Positions 35,131 through 46,950 of a stretch of DNA of 64,000 nucleotides are shown here, in pieces (within the stretch, counting starts at the first letter, position 1; each line of letters opens with the position of its first letter). The notes under the pieces are model-generated. The model saw only the letters and a program-made list of their open reading frames with translations, made no database searches and was not told where the DNA came from. The DNA lies in sequence record SRR22947727_5003; one strand, 5' to 3'. The translations under genes were made by a program, and so were the position numbers.

Positions 35131-36996
35131 CTATTCCGAGGTCCCACTGAAGAAGGAATGGATGGTGTCCGCGAGTTTGGGTCCGACACCGTCAACCTCA
35201 CGAAGTTCCTCTGGCGTCGCCTTCTTGAGCTGAGCTACTGACTTGAAATGCTTCAGCAGAGTTTGCGCGGTAGCGGCTCCTACCCCTGGAATATCTGTCA
35301 GCTCCGTCGACAAGGTTCGTTTTCTGGTGCCGCGCTGATAGGTGATGGCAACCCGATGCGCCTCATCACGAATCCGTTGGACGAGGAACAACGCTTCGGA
35401 AGATCGGGGAAGAATGAGGGGGAAATCTCCGCCAGGAAGCCAGATCTCCTCGAGCTTCTTCGCCACCCCGCAGACGGGAAGGGCTATACCTGCCTCCCTC
35501 AAGGCCCGGGCGGCTGCATTCACCTGAGGCAACCCACCATCAACAATGAGAAGGCCTGGTGGGTAGCGAAACCCCGGGTTCCCCTCAGCAGCGGAATCGT
35601 CCGATGGCTGGAGTCGCGCGACCCGACGCGCGACGACCTGGTGAATCGCCTCTGTGTCGTCACGAACGCCCTCCAGCGCAAACTTGCGATAGTGCTCCCG
35701 TCGAGGCAGACCATCCTCGAAAACCACCATGGAGGCAACGGGGTTGTCGCCACCGAGGTGGGACACATCGAAGCACTCAATGCGCAGAGGTGCATCGTCA
35801 AGACTGAGGGCGTCGCGGAGCTCCGCGAGGGCGTGCGACCGAGCAACGGGGTCGCTCGTGCGATGGGAGAGGTGGCTCTGCAACGTGTGACGTGCGTTCA
35901 GCCCCACAGAAGCCCCAAGCTCCGCAAGCTCTCCCCGCTTGGCAGTCTTGAGGGCGACCGACCCCTCCTCGCCCGCTGACTGTCGCACCTCGGTGAGTTG
36001 ACTCTCCCACCACTGAGAGTTGTCGGGCAGGTCAGGAACAACCACAACACGGGCTGGCGGCTGGTCATCAAACCCATCGCGGAGGATCATCTCCACCAGA
36101 GTCTCGCCTGATTCAGTCGCGGGAGTCTCGACAATGAACCCTTTAGCCCCACGGATTCTTCCGCTACGAACACGGAAGACGTGCGCTGCTGCGACAAGAC
36201 CGTCTGCCGCCACCCCAAACACGTCGGCGTCAATCCGCTCGTCCAGAACCATCGTATTTTTCATCAAGATGGTTTCGATTGCTTCGATGCGATCTCGAGT
36301 TTTGGCGGCTCGTTCAAACTCCAGGTTGGCCGCCGCATTGTTCATGGTGGACGTGAGGTCCTCGACGACGCCTTTGTCGTTCCCCGCCATGAAGCTCGCG
36401 AGGGACAGCGCCAGCGCCTTGTGATCGGGTTGGGTCACTCGACCAACGCAGGGTGCTGCGCACTTCCCAATGTCTCCCAATAGACAGGGTCTGTTCTCCC
36501 GTTCAGCTTTGGCGTAGGTGGTTGGGGAGCATGATCTGACGGGAAAAGCCTTCAGAATCGTCGATAACGTGTCGCGCAACGCCCCCGTGGTGGGAAAAGG
36601 CCCAAAGTATTTCGCCCCTTTGATGCCCTTCTTCCGGGCCAGGAAGACTCGTGGGATGTCCTCAGACACCGTCACCACGAGGTAAGGGTAGGACTTGTCG
36701 TCGCGAAACCGAACGTTGAATTCCGGCTGGAATTCCTTAATCCAGAGGTATTCGAGTTGGAGTGCCTGCCTCTCCGTGGGAACCAACGTCCAGTCAACGG
36801 AGGACGCGGTTTGGACCATCCTGCGCGTTCGCTCGTGCAGCGTGACTGGTTCGGCGAAGTAGCTTTGGAGGCGGCTTCTGAGGCTCTTGGCCTTTCCCAC
36901 ATAGATCACGCGACTCCTTGAGTCGAGAAAACGGTACACACCCGGGGAGGTGGGGATATCTCCCGATGATGGCTGCCAGTCGTACCGGGTTGCCAC
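35131..36996 (-). CDS. uvrC: Excinuclease ABC subunit C
   Basis: PGVYRF/IYVGKA GIY-YIG, RIECFD, DGG..Q, IRDEAHR, C-terminal HhH. Confidence 0.96.
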   Translation of the reverse strand: MATRYDWQPSSGDIPTSPGVYRFLDSRSRVIYVGKAKSLRSRLQSYFAEPVTLHERTRRMVQTASSVDWTLVPTERQALQLEYLWIKEFQPEFNVRFRDDKSYPYLVVTVSEDIPRVFLARKKGIKGAKYFGPFPTTGALRDTLSTILKAFPVRSCSPTTYAKAERENRPCLLGDIGKCAAPCVGRVTQPDHKALALSLASFMAGNDKGVVEDLTSTMNNAAANLEFERAAKTRDRIEAIETILMKNTMVLDERIDADVFGVAADGLVAAAHVFRVRSGRIRGAKGFIVETPATESGETLVEMILRDGFDDQPPARVVVVPDLPDNSQWWESQLTEVRQSAGEEGSVALKTAKRGELAELGASVGLNARHTLQSHLSHRTSDPVARSHALAELRDALSLDDAPLRIECFDVSHLGGDNPVASMVVFEDGLPRREHYRKFALEGVRDDTEAIHQVVARRVARLQPSDDSAAEGNPGFRYPPGLLIVDGGLPQVNAAARALREAGIALPVCGVAKKLEEIWLPGGDFPLILPRSSEALFLVQRIRDEAHRVAITYQRGTRKRTLSTELTDIPGVGAATAQTLLKHFKSVAQLKKATPEELREVDGVGPKLADTIHSFFSGTSE

Positions 36997-36999
36997 GAT

Positions 37000-39852
37000 C
37001 TAGCCCAGTGATTCCTTGAGAAACCCGCCCGTGTGGGACACAGTGCTGGCAGCTACCTGCTCCGGTGTGCCCTCAGCGACCACGGTTCCCCCTCCCGCCC
37101 CACCCTCGGGACCTAAGTCAATGACCCAGTCAGAGGCTCGAATCACGTCCAAATTGTGCTCAATCACCATCACGGTATTGCCTTTGTCGGCTAGCCCCTG
37201 GAGGACATCCAACAGTTTCTTCACATCATGGAAATGCAGTCCCGTAGTGGGCTCATCCAGAACGTAAATCGTCCGCCCTGTGGAACGTTTCTGTAGCTCA
37301 GTGGCGAGCTTCACACGCTGTGCCTCTCCGCCCGAGAGTGTGGTCGCAGATTGGCCAAGCCGAACATACCCGAGTCCGACATCGACCAGGGTTTTCAGAT
37401 AACGATGTATGGAACTGATGGCTTCGAAAAACTCGGCAGCCTCTGTAATCGGCATGTCCAGGACATCCGCAATGGTTTTGCCCTTGTAGTGAACCTGCAG
37501 GGTCTCGCGGTTGTATCGGGCGCCGTGACACACCTCACAATCCACGTAGACGTCGGGGAGAAAGTTCATCTCGATGGTGATGGTGCCATCACCTGAACAG
37601 TTCTCGCAGCGACCCCCTTTGACGTTGAAGCTGAAGCGTCCTGGCTGATAGCCGCGCATCTTCGCTTCCTGCGTCTCTGCGAAAAGGGCGCGAATCTTGT
37701 CAAAGACGCCGGTGTAGGTCGCAGGGTTGCTTCGCGGCGTCCGGCCGATCGGCGCCTGGTCGACGTGCACAATCTTGTCGAGGTGGTCAACACCTGTGAT
37801 GCGGGTGTGGAGACCGGGGACGTGACGCGCTCCGTTGAGCGTGTTGGCCAACGACCGATAGACAATGTCGTTGACCAGAGTTGACTTGCCAGACCCACTG
37901 ACGCCGGTGATAGCAACCATCACGCCCAGCGGGATGTCCACGGTGATGTCACGGAGGTTATTCGCTCGAGCCCCCTCGACGCGTAGCGCCCGTGCAGGAT
38001 CGACGACGCGCCTGTCTCGAGCGGCATAGACCTTCTCCCGTCCAGCCAGATAGTCGGCGGTGATGGAGCGTTTCTCCTTGAGCAGGCTTGCTAGCGAACC
38101 CTGGTGGACAACTTCACCGCCAAACTCTCCTGCTCCGGGCCCAATATCGACAATCCAGTCAGCTGTCTGAATGGTCTCTTCGTCGTGTTCCACGACGATG
38201 AGGGTGTTGCCGAGGTCTCTCAGTTTGAGCAGGGTGTCAATGAGGCGTCTGTTGTCTCTTTGGTGGAGGCCAATGCTCGGCTCATCGAGAACGTAGAGGA
38301 CGCCGGTGAGGCCTGAGCCAATCTGGGTCGCAAGACGAATGCGCTGAGCCTCCCCACCAGAGAGTGAGCCCGCACTCCGCGACATGCTGAGATAGTTGAG
38401 TCCCACCTCGAGGAGAAATTCAAGACGAGCCTGAATCTCCCGCAGAATGGGCACGGCGATGGATTCGTCACGATCAGACAGGACGAGGGAATTCATAAAC
38501 TCGTGGGCTTCGGTGAGGCTCATGTCGGCAACGTCAGAGATGGATAGTCCTCCTACGAGAACTGCCAAGATCTCTGGCCTCAGACGTTTACCCTTGCAGG
38601 CCCCACACTGGACTTCACGAAGGTAGTCAGCGAAGCGCTGCTTGCTCCACTCGCTGTCGGTTTCGTGATATTTCCGCTCGATGTAGGGAATTACCCCCTC
38701 GAAGCCGGAGGAATACTTCACATCACGTCCGAAACGATTGCGGTAGCGGACCACCAACTCAAAATTGTTGCCGTGAAGCACTGCCTGTTGAATTCCTTCG
38801 GGCAGTTGTGACCATGGCGTGTCCAGCGAGAAATCCAACTCATCGGAGAGGCTTCGCAGAAGGTTCTGGAAGTACCCGTATAAACCCTTGCCCGCTTGGG
38901 TCCATGGCCGAATCGCACCACCCTGAATGCTCAGCTCGGGATCACCGATCACCATCAGGGGGTCGACCGCCTGGGTGAATCCCAATCCCGAGCAGGCGGG
39001 ACACGCTCCGAAGGGTGAATTGAAGGAGAAGGTGCGAGGCTCCACCTCGGTGAGACCCACCGTGCAACCGTTTCGGCAGCTGAGCTTTTCGCTGTAGGTC
39101 TGCTCAGTGTCGTCGTCAACACCGTGGATGATGACGACACCATCAGCTAATTTCAGCCCTGTCTCGAGGGAATCCGTCAGGCGACCCACAATGTCATCGC
39201 CCAGTACAAGGCGATCCACCACGACGTCGATGTCGTGTTTCTTCGTCTTGGCGAGCTTGGGAGGCTCCCCCAGGCTGATGACCTCACCATCAACGCGGGC
39301 GCGCGCGAATCCCTGGGAGTTCAGTGAGCGGAGAAGGTCGACAAACTCACCTTTGCGACCTGCCACTACGGGAGCAAGAATCTGAAAACGCCACCCAGTT
39401 TCGCCCTTAAGAATGCCGTCGGCAATGTCTTGGACGCTTTGCCGACGGATCGGCCCTCCACACTCGACACAGTGGGGAACTCCTGTTCGTGCCCAGAGCA
39501 GACGGAGATAGTCGTAGATCTCGGTGATTGTTCCCACAGTGGAACGTGGGTTTCGATTGGTGGATTTCTGGTCGATCGAGACTGCCGGGCTAAGACCTTC
39601 AATGACGTCAACATCTGGTCTGTCGACTTGACCGAGGAACTGCCGGGCGTAGGCCGAGAGTGACTCGACGTATCGGCGTTGCCCCTCAGCAAAGATGGTG
39701 TCAAAAGCGAGCGAGGACTTGCCAGAGCCCGAGAGTCCGGTGAACACGACCAGGGAATCCCGTGGAAGAGAGACGTCGACATTTTTCAGGTTGTGGACGC
39801 GTGCCCCTTTGACCTGGACGACAGACGCTGAGCGGGGAATCTCGATGGGCAC
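37000..39852 (-). CDS. uvrA: Excinuclease ABC subunit A
   Basis: [17 protein letters not shown], two LSGGEAQR signatures, zinc-finger cysteines. Confidence 0.97.
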   Translation of the reverse strand: MPIEIPRSASVVQVKGARVHNLKNVDVSLPRDSLVVFTGLSGSGKSSLAFDTIFAEGQRRYVESLSAYARQFLGQVDRPDVDVIEGLSPAVSIDQKSTNRNPRSTVGTITEIYDYLRLLWARTGVPHCVECGGPIRRQSVQDIADGILKGETGWRFQILAPVVAGRKGEFVDLLRSLNSQGFARARVDGEVISLGEPPKLAKTKKHDIDVVVDRLVLGDDIVGRLTDSLETGLKLADGVVIIHGVDDDTEQTYSEKLSCRNGCTVGLTEVEPRTFSFNSPFGACPACSGLGFTQAVDPLMVIGDPELSIQGGAIRPWTQAGKGLYGYFQNLLRSLSDELDFSLDTPWSQLPEGIQQAVLHGNNFELVVRYRNRFGRDVKYSSGFEGVIPYIERKYHETDSEWSKQRFADYLREVQCGACKGKRLRPEILAVLVGGLSISDVADMSLTEAHEFMNSLVLSDRDESIAVPILREIQARLEFLLEVGLNYLSMSRSAGSLSGGEAQRIRLATQIGSGLTGVLYVLDEPSIGLHQRDNRRLIDTLLKLRDLGNTLIVVEHDEETIQTADWIVDIGPGAGEFGGEVVHQGSLASLLKEKRSITADYLAGREKVYAARDRRVVDPARALRVEGARANNLRDITVDIPLGVMVAITGVSGSGKSTLVNDIVYRSLANTLNGARHVPGLHTRITGVDHLDKIVHVDQAPIGRTPRSNPATYTGVFDKIRALFAETQEAKMRGYQPGRFSFNVKGGRCENCSGDGTITIEMNFLPDVYVDCEVCHGARYNRETLQVHYKGKTIADVLDMPITEAAEFFEAISSIHRYLKTLVDVGLGYVRLGQSATTLSGGEAQRVKLATELQKRSTGRTIYVLDEPTTGLHFHDVKKLLDVLQGLADKGNTVMVIEHNLDVIRASDWVIDLGPEGGAGGGTVVAEGTPEQVAASTVSHTGGFLKESLG

Positions 39853-39888
39853 GCCCTCCAGTGTAGGCAGTGAGAGCTGTGCGAAAGG

Positions 39889-41940
39889 TCAGCCTTTCGC
39901 CCCGATAAGTTCCCGGAGTTCGCGCTTCAGCTCAAGGAGCTCATCTCTGATCTTCGCGGCCAACTCAAACTTCAGTTCCCCGGACGCCTGCATCATCTGG
40001 TCAGTGAGAGTCGCAATCAGACCGGAGAGCTCATCGGGTCCGCTCTTGATAACCTCTCGGCGGGTGAAACCTTCTCCAGCGCTCCCAGGAGTGTGGGACA
40101 CGAGTTCCTCGGTGTCGGCCTTCTCGCGAGCCAGAACCGCAGTAATGTCGGCGATCTTCTTACGCAAAGGCGTGGGGTCGATGCCGTGTTCCGTGTTGTA
40201 GGCAACCTGCTTTTCCCGCCTCCTCTCGGTCTCCCCTATCGCCTGCGCCATCGATCGAGTCACCTTCGAGGCGTACATGTGAACCTCTCCGGATACGTTA
40301 CGAGCGGCGCGACCAATGGTTTGGATGAGGGACGTGCTCGATCTCAGGAATCCTTCCTTGTCAGCATCCAGAATGGCCACAAGAGACACTTCAGGGAGGT
40401 CGAGACCCTCTCGCAAGAGATTGATACCGACAAGGACGTCGTAGACACCAGCGCGCAGCTCCGTGAGTAGCTCAACTCGCCGAAGAGTATCTACGTCTGA
40501 ATGCAAATAGCGGACCTTCACACCCGCATCGTCGAGATAATCGGTGAGGTCCTCGGACATTTTCTTTGTCAGTGTCGTGACCAAGACTCGCTCGTTGCGC
40601 TCAACACGGAGCCGAATCGACTCCAGGAGGTCATCAATCTGCCCCTCTACGGGCTTGACCAGGATCTGTGGATCTACCAGCCCCGTGGGACGGATAATCT
40701 GCTCAACCACGCCGTCGGCGAGCCCAAGCTCATACGGCCCCGGGGTCGCAGACAGGTAGAGCTTCTGGCCGGTCCGACCGAGAAACTCGTCGAAACGAAG
40801 TGGTCTGTTATCCATCGCGCTGGGGAGTCGAAAGCCATGCTCCACGAGGGTCCGCTTTCGAGAGGCATCACCCTCATACATCCCGCCAATTTGCGGAACT
40901 GTCACGTGTGATTCGTCGATGACAGTCAAGAAATCGTCGGGAAAATAGTCCAATAAACAGTTCGGAGCCTCACCGGGCTGTCGACCATCAATGTGGCGCG
41001 AGTAGTTCTCGATACCTGAGCAGAAACCTAACTGCTCCATCATCTCCAGGTCGTAGGTGGTGCGCATCCGCAGACGTTGCGCCTCGAGGAGCTTTCCCTG
41101 GCTCTCAAGTTCAGACACACGTTCTTCAAGCTCCGCTCGGATGGTCCCCACAGCCCGCTTCATCGTCTCAGGTGAGGCGGCGTAGTGAGTGGCGGGGAAA
41201 ACGCTGATGGTCTCCTCGGTGGAGAGTGTGTCACCGGTGATGGGGTGCAAGTAACTCAGTGTTTCGATTTCGTCCCCAAACATCTCGATGCGAATCGCGA
41301 GCTCCTCGTATACAGGGATGATTTCGATGGTGTCGCCACGGACTCTGAAGGTTCCCCTTTCAAAGGCGATGTCATTGCGCTCGTACTGCATCTGGACAAA
41401 ACCCTTAACCAGCTGTTCGCGAGAGATTTTCTGACCCACCTGGAGGGCAACCATCGCCTCGAAGTAGTCCTCAGGAGCGCCGAGTCCATAAATACACGAG
41501 ACCGTGGACACGACGACAACATCTCGCCTGCTGAGCAGGGAGTTAGTGGTGGAGTGGCGAAGCCGCTCGACCTCCGCGTTGACCGAGCTGTCTTTCTCGA
41601 TGAACGTGTCGGTCTGCGGAACGTAGGCCTCTGGTTGGTAGTAGTCGTAATAGGACACGAAATACTCCACGGCATTGTGCGGAAGCATGTCGCGCAGTTC
41701 ATTCGCCAGTTGAGCGGCCAGTGTTTTGTTGTGCGCGAGAACCAGCGCAGGACGCTGCAGACGCTCGATCAGCCAAGCTGTCGTCGCTGACTTTCCCGTT
41801 CCTGTCGCGCCGAGGAGGACAACGTCGGACTCCCCCGCCAGAATCTTGCTCTCCAACTGGTCCAAAGCTTTGGGCTGGTCACCGCTAGGCGTGTATTCCG
41901 AGACAACCTCGAAGGGTCGAAAAGCGCGTGTGGGCTCCAT
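39889..41940 (-). CDS. uvrB: Excinuclease ABC subunit B
   Basis: [32 protein letters not shown]-terminal UVR domain. Confidence 0.97.
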   Translation of the reverse strand: MEPTRAFRPFEVVSEYTPSGDQPKALDQLESKILAGESDVVLLGATGTGKSATTAWLIERLQRPALVLAHNKTLAAQLANELRDMLPHNAVEYFVSYYDYYQPEAYVPQTDTFIEKDSSVNAEVERLRHSTTNSLLSRRDVVVVSTVSCIYGLGAPEDYFEAMVALQVGQKISREQLVKGFVQMQYERNDIAFERGTFRVRGDTIEIIPVYEELAIRIEMFGDEIETLSYLHPITGDTLSTEETISVFPATHYAASPETMKRAVGTIRAELEERVSELESQGKLLEAQRLRMRTTYDLEMMEQLGFCSGIENYSRHIDGRQPGEAPNCLLDYFPDDFLTVIDESHVTVPQIGGMYEGDASRKRTLVEHGFRLPSAMDNRPLRFDEFLGRTGQKLYLSATPGPYELGLADGVVEQIIRPTGLVDPQILVKPVEGQIDDLLESIRLRVERNERVLVTTLTKKMSEDLTDYLDDAGVKVRYLHSDVDTLRRVELLTELRAGVYDVLVGINLLREGLDLPEVSLVAILDADKEGFLRSSTSLIQTIGRAARNVSGEVHMYASKVTRSMAQAIGETERRREKQVAYNTEHGIDPTPLRKKIADITAVLAREKADTEELVSHTPGSAGEGFTRREVIKSGPDELSGLIATLTDQMMQASGELKFELAAKIRDELLELKRELRELIGAKG

Positions 41941-41949
41941 GCGTGAAGT

Positions 41950-42597
41950 TTAGGAGGCGTCTCGAGGAAAACGCCGGGAGAGCTCACTCAGGTGATCTGG
42001 CCACAAGGAGACCAGTTCTTCGTAGAGCTGGCGTGCCGCCCGTTGCGTCTGTGCGAGATCTCCCGATGCATCCACGACGCTGTCGGCGAGGGCCAAACGC
42101 TCGTCATCGCTCACCTGGGCGTCCACGCGAGATCGTGCCTGTTCCTCTGTCAAACCTCTGTGCTCCCGGAGCCGTGCCACTCGGGTTTCTGCAGGAGCAT
42201 CCACGACGACTACCGCATCAAACTCGGTGGTGGAGCGAGCCTCCGCCAAGAGAGGGACTGCATAGACAGTGACTCGGCCAGGATTGTGCAAAACATCCGC
42301 TAGAGCCTGGTCATACAACCTCTTGACTTGCGGATGAACAATCGCGTTGAGGGCCTCCCGAGCCTGGGGGTCGCGGAAGACGATATCCCCGAGAGCTGAC
42401 CTGTCGAGTCCGCCTGATTCATCGACGACAACGGGTCCAAAACGTGCAACGATCTGCTCAAAAGCTGGGGTGTCGGGCTCAACAGCCTTGCGAGCAAGAA
42501 CGTCCGCGTCGATGATGTGCGCCCCCAGAGAGCTCAGCACTTCCGTCACTGTGCTCTTGCCTGCAGCGACACCCCCGGTCAGAGCGACGATTGTCAT
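41950..42597 (-). CDS. coaE: Dephospho-CoA kinase
   Basis: LTGGVAAGKST, IDAD, LN.IVHP, VPLL.E. Confidence 0.92.
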   Translation of the reverse strand: MTIVALTGGVAAGKSTVTEVLSSLGAHIIDADVLARKAVEPDTPAFEQIVARFGPVVVDESGGLDRSALGDIVFRDPQAREALNAIVHPQVKRLYDQALADVLHNPGRVTVYAVPLLAEARSTTEFDAVVVVDAPAETRVARLREHRGLTEEQARSRVDAQVSDDERLALADSVVDASGDLAQTQRAARQLYEELVSLWPDHLSELSRRFPRDAS

Positions 42598-42613
42598 GCG
42601 GGTGCCCTGAGCG

Positions 42614-42654
42614 CAAACAACGAGCGCGGACCCACCTCAGGCAGGTCCGCGCTC
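42614..42654 (-). terminator. Terminator hairpin after rpsA
   Basis: 11-bp perfect stem GAGCGCGGACC/GGTCCGCGCTC (42622-42654), followed on the minus strand by GTTGTTT. Confidence 0.75.
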
Positions 42655-42665
42655 ATGGTTATTGC

Positions 42666-44135
42666 TTAGTCTTCGTTGCCGACGAGCTTGTCGCGAAGCG
42701 CGGTCAACGCCTCATCGTCTGCCAGAGTTCCAGCCTGCTCTTCGGGGACTGCGGGAGCGGACTCAGCATCGCCAGTCTCGCCCTCGGGACGCTCGATGGG
42801 CTCAATCACAATGGAAGCCATGTGGGCAACCTGTGCTTTGTGAGACTCCCAGCGAGCCTGTGCGTCAGCGTACTGCTGCTCCCACACCTTGCGCTGGTCA
42901 TCGAAGCCTTCGAGCCATTCACCGGTCTCAACGTTGAATCCCTCGGGGTAGGCGTAGTTGCCCTTGTCGTCATACTCAGTGGGCATGCCATACAGGGCCG
43001 GGTCAAATTCCGTACCCTCTGGGTCAACACCCTCATTGGCCTGCTTGATCGAGAGGGAGATACGCCGACGCTCGAGGTCGATGTCAATGATTTTGACGAA
43101 GACCTGGTCGCTGGTGGACACAACCTGCTCGGCGAGCTCAATGTGCTTGTCTGACAGTTCTGAGATGTGCACGAGGCCTTCGATTCCATCAGCAACGCGC
43201 ACAAAGGCACCGAAAGGAACCAGTTTCGTGACAGCTCCCGGAGCAATCTGGCCGATCGCGTGAGTGCGAGCGAAGACCTGCCAGGGGTCTTCCTGAGTCG
43301 CCTTCAGAGAGAGCGAGACGCGCTCGCGGTCCATATCGACCTCGAGGACCTCGACGGTCACTTCTTGTCCAACTTCCACAACTTCACTGGCGTGCTCGAT
43401 GTGCTTCCAGCTGAGCTCGGAGACGTGAACGAGACCGTCCACTCCACCGAGGTCGACGAATGCTCCGAAGTTGACGATCGAGGACACAACACCCTTGCGG
43501 ACCTGACCCTTGGCCAAGTTCTCGAGGAAAGAGGAGCGGTTCTCGCTCTGGCTCGCCTCGAGAAGAGCTCGGCGGGAGAGGACAACGTTGTTCCGGTTCT
43601 TGTCGAGCTCGAGGATTTTGGCTTCCACTTCCTGGCCCAGGTAGGGAGAAAGATCGCGCACTCGGCGAAGCTCAATCAGTGAAGCAGGAAGGAACCCACG
43701 CAATCCGATATCCACGATCAGACCACCCTTGACAACCTCGATGACCATACCGGTCACGACGCCATCGGTTTCCTTGATCTTCTCTACGTCACCCCACGCG
43801 CGCTCGTACTGCGCACGCTTCTTGGAGAGGATAAGACGGCCTTCTTTGTCTTCCTTCTGGAGGACTAAAGCCTCGATCGCATCGCCCACGGAGACGACCT
43901 CAGAAGGGTCAACATCGTGCTTGATGGAAAGCTCACGGGAGGGAATAACACCCTCTGTCTTGTACCCGACGTCGAGCAGAACCTCGTCGCGGTCGATTTT
44001 CACAACGGTTCCCTCGATGAGGTCTCCGTCGTTGAAGAATTTGAGGGTTTTCTCGACCTCTGCCAAGAAGTCATCGGCGCTGCCGATGTCGTTGATTGCG
44101 ATTTGCTTTGGACCGGCGGTCGTCTTAGAAGTCAT
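42666..44135 (-). CDS. rpsA: 30S ribosomal protein S1
   Basis: Four S1 repeats (FGAFVDLGGVDGLVHVSELS etc.) plus the actinobacterial C-terminal domain. Confidence 0.97.
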   Translation of the reverse strand: MTSKTTAGPKQIAINDIGSADDFLAEVEKTLKFFNDGDLIEGTVVKIDRDEVLLDVGYKTEGVIPSRELSIKHDVDPSEVVSVGDAIEALVLQKEDKEGRLILSKKRAQYERAWGDVEKIKETDGVVTGMVIEVVKGGLIVDIGLRGFLPASLIELRRVRDLSPYLGQEVEAKILELDKNRNNVVLSRRALLEASQSENRSSFLENLAKGQVRKGVVSSIVNFGAFVDLGGVDGLVHVSELSWKHIEHASEVVEVGQEVTVEVLEVDMDRERVSLSLKATQEDPWQVFARTHAIGQIAPGAVTKLVPFGAFVRVADGIEGLVHISELSDKHIELAEQVVSTSDQVFVKIIDIDLERRRISLSIKQANEGVDPEGTEFDPALYGMPTEYDDKGNYAYPEGFNVETGEWLEGFDDQRKVWEQQYADAQARWESHKAQVAHMASIVIEPIERPEGETGDAESAPAVPEEQAGTLADDEALTALRDKLVGNED

Positions 44136-44257
44136 AAATTTACGGACAATGGTTTTCTACTCGGGCGCACCACTCACGTGGTTTGCATTCGGACACGATA
44201 AATCGCCCGGTTGGGCGACCCCCCAGTGTATCCGGGGGCTCGGTGATTCCACAAACC

Positions 44258-46909
44258 CTAGTGGGCAGCTTCGTCCCAGTTCGCGCCCCAACCCAGTTGC
44301 ACATCAAGCGGCACCATCAAAGTGGCGGCACCCCCCATTCTGTTCACCACTATTTCCTCGAGCTTCGCCCGCTCACCACCAAAGACTTCAAACACCAGCT
44401 CGTCGTGGACCTGCAACACCATGCGGGAGCGCAATTCCTTCTGATCGATGTCGTCGGAAATGTCCCGCATGGCGATCTTGATGATGTCTGCTGCTGTTCC
44501 CTGGATCGGCGCGTTGAGTGCTTGGCGTTCCGCGGCTTCCCGAACGATTCGATTGGGTGACGCTAAATCGGGGAAAGGGCGCCTGCGACCGAAGAGCGTT
44601 TCGGTGAAACCGTCCTGTTTGGCCTTCTCAACAACGGTCCGAAGGTAGTCCCTCACGTTGCCAAATCGGCGGAAATACTCCGACATCAGCTCTTTCGCTT
44701 CGCTGGGTGTAATGGCCAGCTGCTGGGCGAGGCCATAGGCAGAAAGCCCGTAGGCCAGTCCGTAACTCATGGCTTTCACTTTGGTTCGCATCAGTGGAGT
44801 GACGTCATCGGGTGTAACATCGAAGATTCGGGCACCGACAAAACGGTGGAGGTCCTCGCCTCCCTGAAATGCCTCGATGAGTCCTGCATCCTCTGAGAGG
44901 TGGGCCATGATGCGCATCTCGATCTGGGAATAATCAGCGGTCAGCAGCCCATCAGCCTCACCGGAGGCCACAAAGGTTGAGCGGATCTGGTGACCAACGT
45001 CGGTTCTGACCGGAATGTTCTGCAAATTCGGGTCCGAAGATGACAACCGGCCAGTGCTGGTTCCGGTTTGATCAAACGTTGTGTGGATGCGTCCATCGGG
45101 AGTTACCGATGCGATGAGCCCCTCAACAATCTGGTGCAGTTTGGTGGAATCGCGGTGTGCCAAGAGCGCATCGAGGAAAGGATGGGGGTGGGAAAGCTGG
45201 AGCTCCTGGAGTGCCTTTGCATCGGTGGTGTACCCCGTTTTCGTAGCCCTGGTCTTCGGCATGCTCAAGTCCTCGAAAAGTACTGTTTGTAATTGTTTCG
45301 GGGATCCCAGATTCACCTCCCGACCGATAGCCGCGTAGGCATCGGCTTGATGGGCCGCGCTCTGGGCGGCGAGCTCCGTGCTGATGCGCTCTAGTTCCCC
45401 ACGGTTGCTCGCGATCCCCAGCGACTCCATTGCTGCCAGGACTGAGACAAGGGGTAACTCGATGTCACGGAGAACAGAGGCAGAGGAAGGGGTGAGGTCT
45501 TCGAGAACACGTAGCCAGAGTGCTCGCACAACCCAGGCATCCACTCCCACAGGCAGGGCATCCTCCTCGGGAACGAGTTGGTTGGGGTCCGGCTGCGGGA
45601 TATCAAGCCCCAGAATCTCCCCAACCATGCTCGCGAAGGTAGGGGTCTTCGCAGAGGGCTTTCCTACCCAAAACCCCACACGCACATCACCGGCGATCGT
45701 CAAGGCTCCCACCGCAAGAGCTAGCGAGGAAATAGTCTCCTTGCCATCGAAGCAGACCCACCCAGCGTCGTGTTCTCCCAGTCTTGTGAGCAGTGGTTCA
45801 TGGTCCGCACTGCCGGGAGTCCACGGAACTCGAATCGCTTCCGACTGGGAGGAGAGACCAACTGCCTCGACCACTCCACCATTCGAGCGCACGCTGAGAC
45901 CGAGAATGTCAGTCGAATTCCGCTGGAGCCAGGCCTGCAGTTCCTCGTCGACCAAGGTTCTCTCGACCGGGAGCTCCACTTGGCGCACATCAGCCTGAAT
46001 GGTTGAGGCAGTCTCCCCCTCTGTCACTCCGGCAAGCTCAAGCACGCGGGTTTTGAGAGTCTTGAAACCCAGGTTTGTGAAAACCGTCGACACCGCCTCG
46101 GGGTTGATGCTCCCTCTCTCCAAGTCCTCGAGAGTGACCTCGAGGGCAACATCGGTCAGTAATCTGTTCAGCTGTCGGTTTCGAATCGCGCGATCTCGCT
46201 GGTCGCGAAGGTTCTGTCCGACAACACCGCTGATCTCATCAGCGTGCTCGAGCACGCTATCGAGAGATCCGAACTGGGTAATCCATTTGACGGCGGTTTT
46301 TTCGCCTACCTTGTCAACTCCCACCAGGTTGTCACTCGTCTCTCCCACCAGCGCAGCAACATCTGGATACTTGTGGGGTGGGACCCCGTATCTCTCCTCC
46401 ACAGCTGAGGGTGTGTAGCGCTTGAGTTCGGCTACTCCCCTGGCGCTCGGATAGAGAACTGTCACACGGTCATTCACCAGTTGGAACGTGTCGCGATCAC
46501 CCGACACCACGAGGACGTCAAAGCCGTTTTCCCCCGCTTGATGGGCCAGGGTCGCAAGAATGTCATCAGCTTCATAATCTTCTTTGGTGAGGGTCACAAC
46601 ACCCATAGCGGCGAGTGCCTCCTGCAGCAGGGGCACCTGCCCGATGAATTCGGAGGGTGTCTCACCCCTTGTCGCCTTGTACTCCGGATATATCCGGGTT
46701 CTGAACGAGTAGCGAGAAATGTCGAAGGCGACAGCGACGTGGGTGGGGTTTTCCTTCTTCAGGAGCCCCAAGAACATAGAGATGAAACCGTGGATAGCGT
46801 TGGTGTGTTGGCCATCTGGTGAGACAAAGCTGTCCACGGGAAGAGCATAGAAAGCCCGAAAAGCCAGCGAGTGGCCATCGATAACCATCAAGGTAGGCTT
46901 GTCACTCAC
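44258..46909 (-). CDS. polA: DNA polymerase I
   Basis: IDGHSLAFRAF 5'-3' exonuclease, TGRLSSSDPNLQN, ADYSQIEMR, LQVHDELV. Start probably GTG 46909 because the -10 TAGGCT abuts the alternative GTG 46915. Confidence 0.96.
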   Translation of the reverse strand: MSDKPTLMVIDGHSLAFRAFYALPVDSFVSPDGQHTNAIHGFISMFLGLLKKENPTHVAVAFDISRYSFRTRIYPEYKATRGETPSEFIGQVPLLQEALAAMGVVTLTKEDYEADDILATLAHQAGENGFDVLVVSGDRDTFQLVNDRVTVLYPSARGVAELKRYTPSAVEERYGVPPHKYPDVAALVGETSDNLVGVDKVGEKTAVKWITQFGSLDSVLEHADEISGVVGQNLRDQRDRAIRNRQLNRLLTDVALEVTLEDLERGSINPEAVSTVFTNLGFKTLKTRVLELAGVTEGETASTIQADVRQVELPVERTLVDEELQAWLQRNSTDILGLSVRSNGGVVEAVGLSSQSEAIRVPWTPGSADHEPLLTRLGEHDAGWVCFDGKETISSLALAVGALTIAGDVRVGFWVGKPSAKTPTFASMVGEILGLDIPQPDPNQLVPEEDALPVGVDAWVVRALWLRVLEDLTPSSASVLRDIELPLVSVLAAMESLGIASNRGELERISTELAAQSAAHQADAYAAIGREVNLGSPKQLQTVLFEDLSMPKTRATKTGYTTDAKALQELQLSHPHPFLDALLAHRDSTKLHQIVEGLIASVTPDGRIHTTFDQTGTSTGRLSSSDPNLQNIPVRTDVGHQIRSTFVASGEADGLLTADYSQIEMRIMAHLSEDAGLIEAFQGGEDLHRFVGARIFDVTPDDVTPLMRTKVKAMSYGLAYGLSAYGLAQQLAITPSEAKELMSEYFRRFGNVRDYLRTVVEKAKQDGFTETLFGRRRPFPDLASPNRIVREAAERQALNAPIQGTAADIIKIAMRDISDDIDQKELRSRMVLQVHDELVFEVFGGERAKLEEIVVNRMGGAATLMVPLDVQLGWGANWDEAAH

Positions 46910-46950
46910 AGCCACAGCCTACAAGCCGCAGGTCTGGCCAAGGAGAGACC

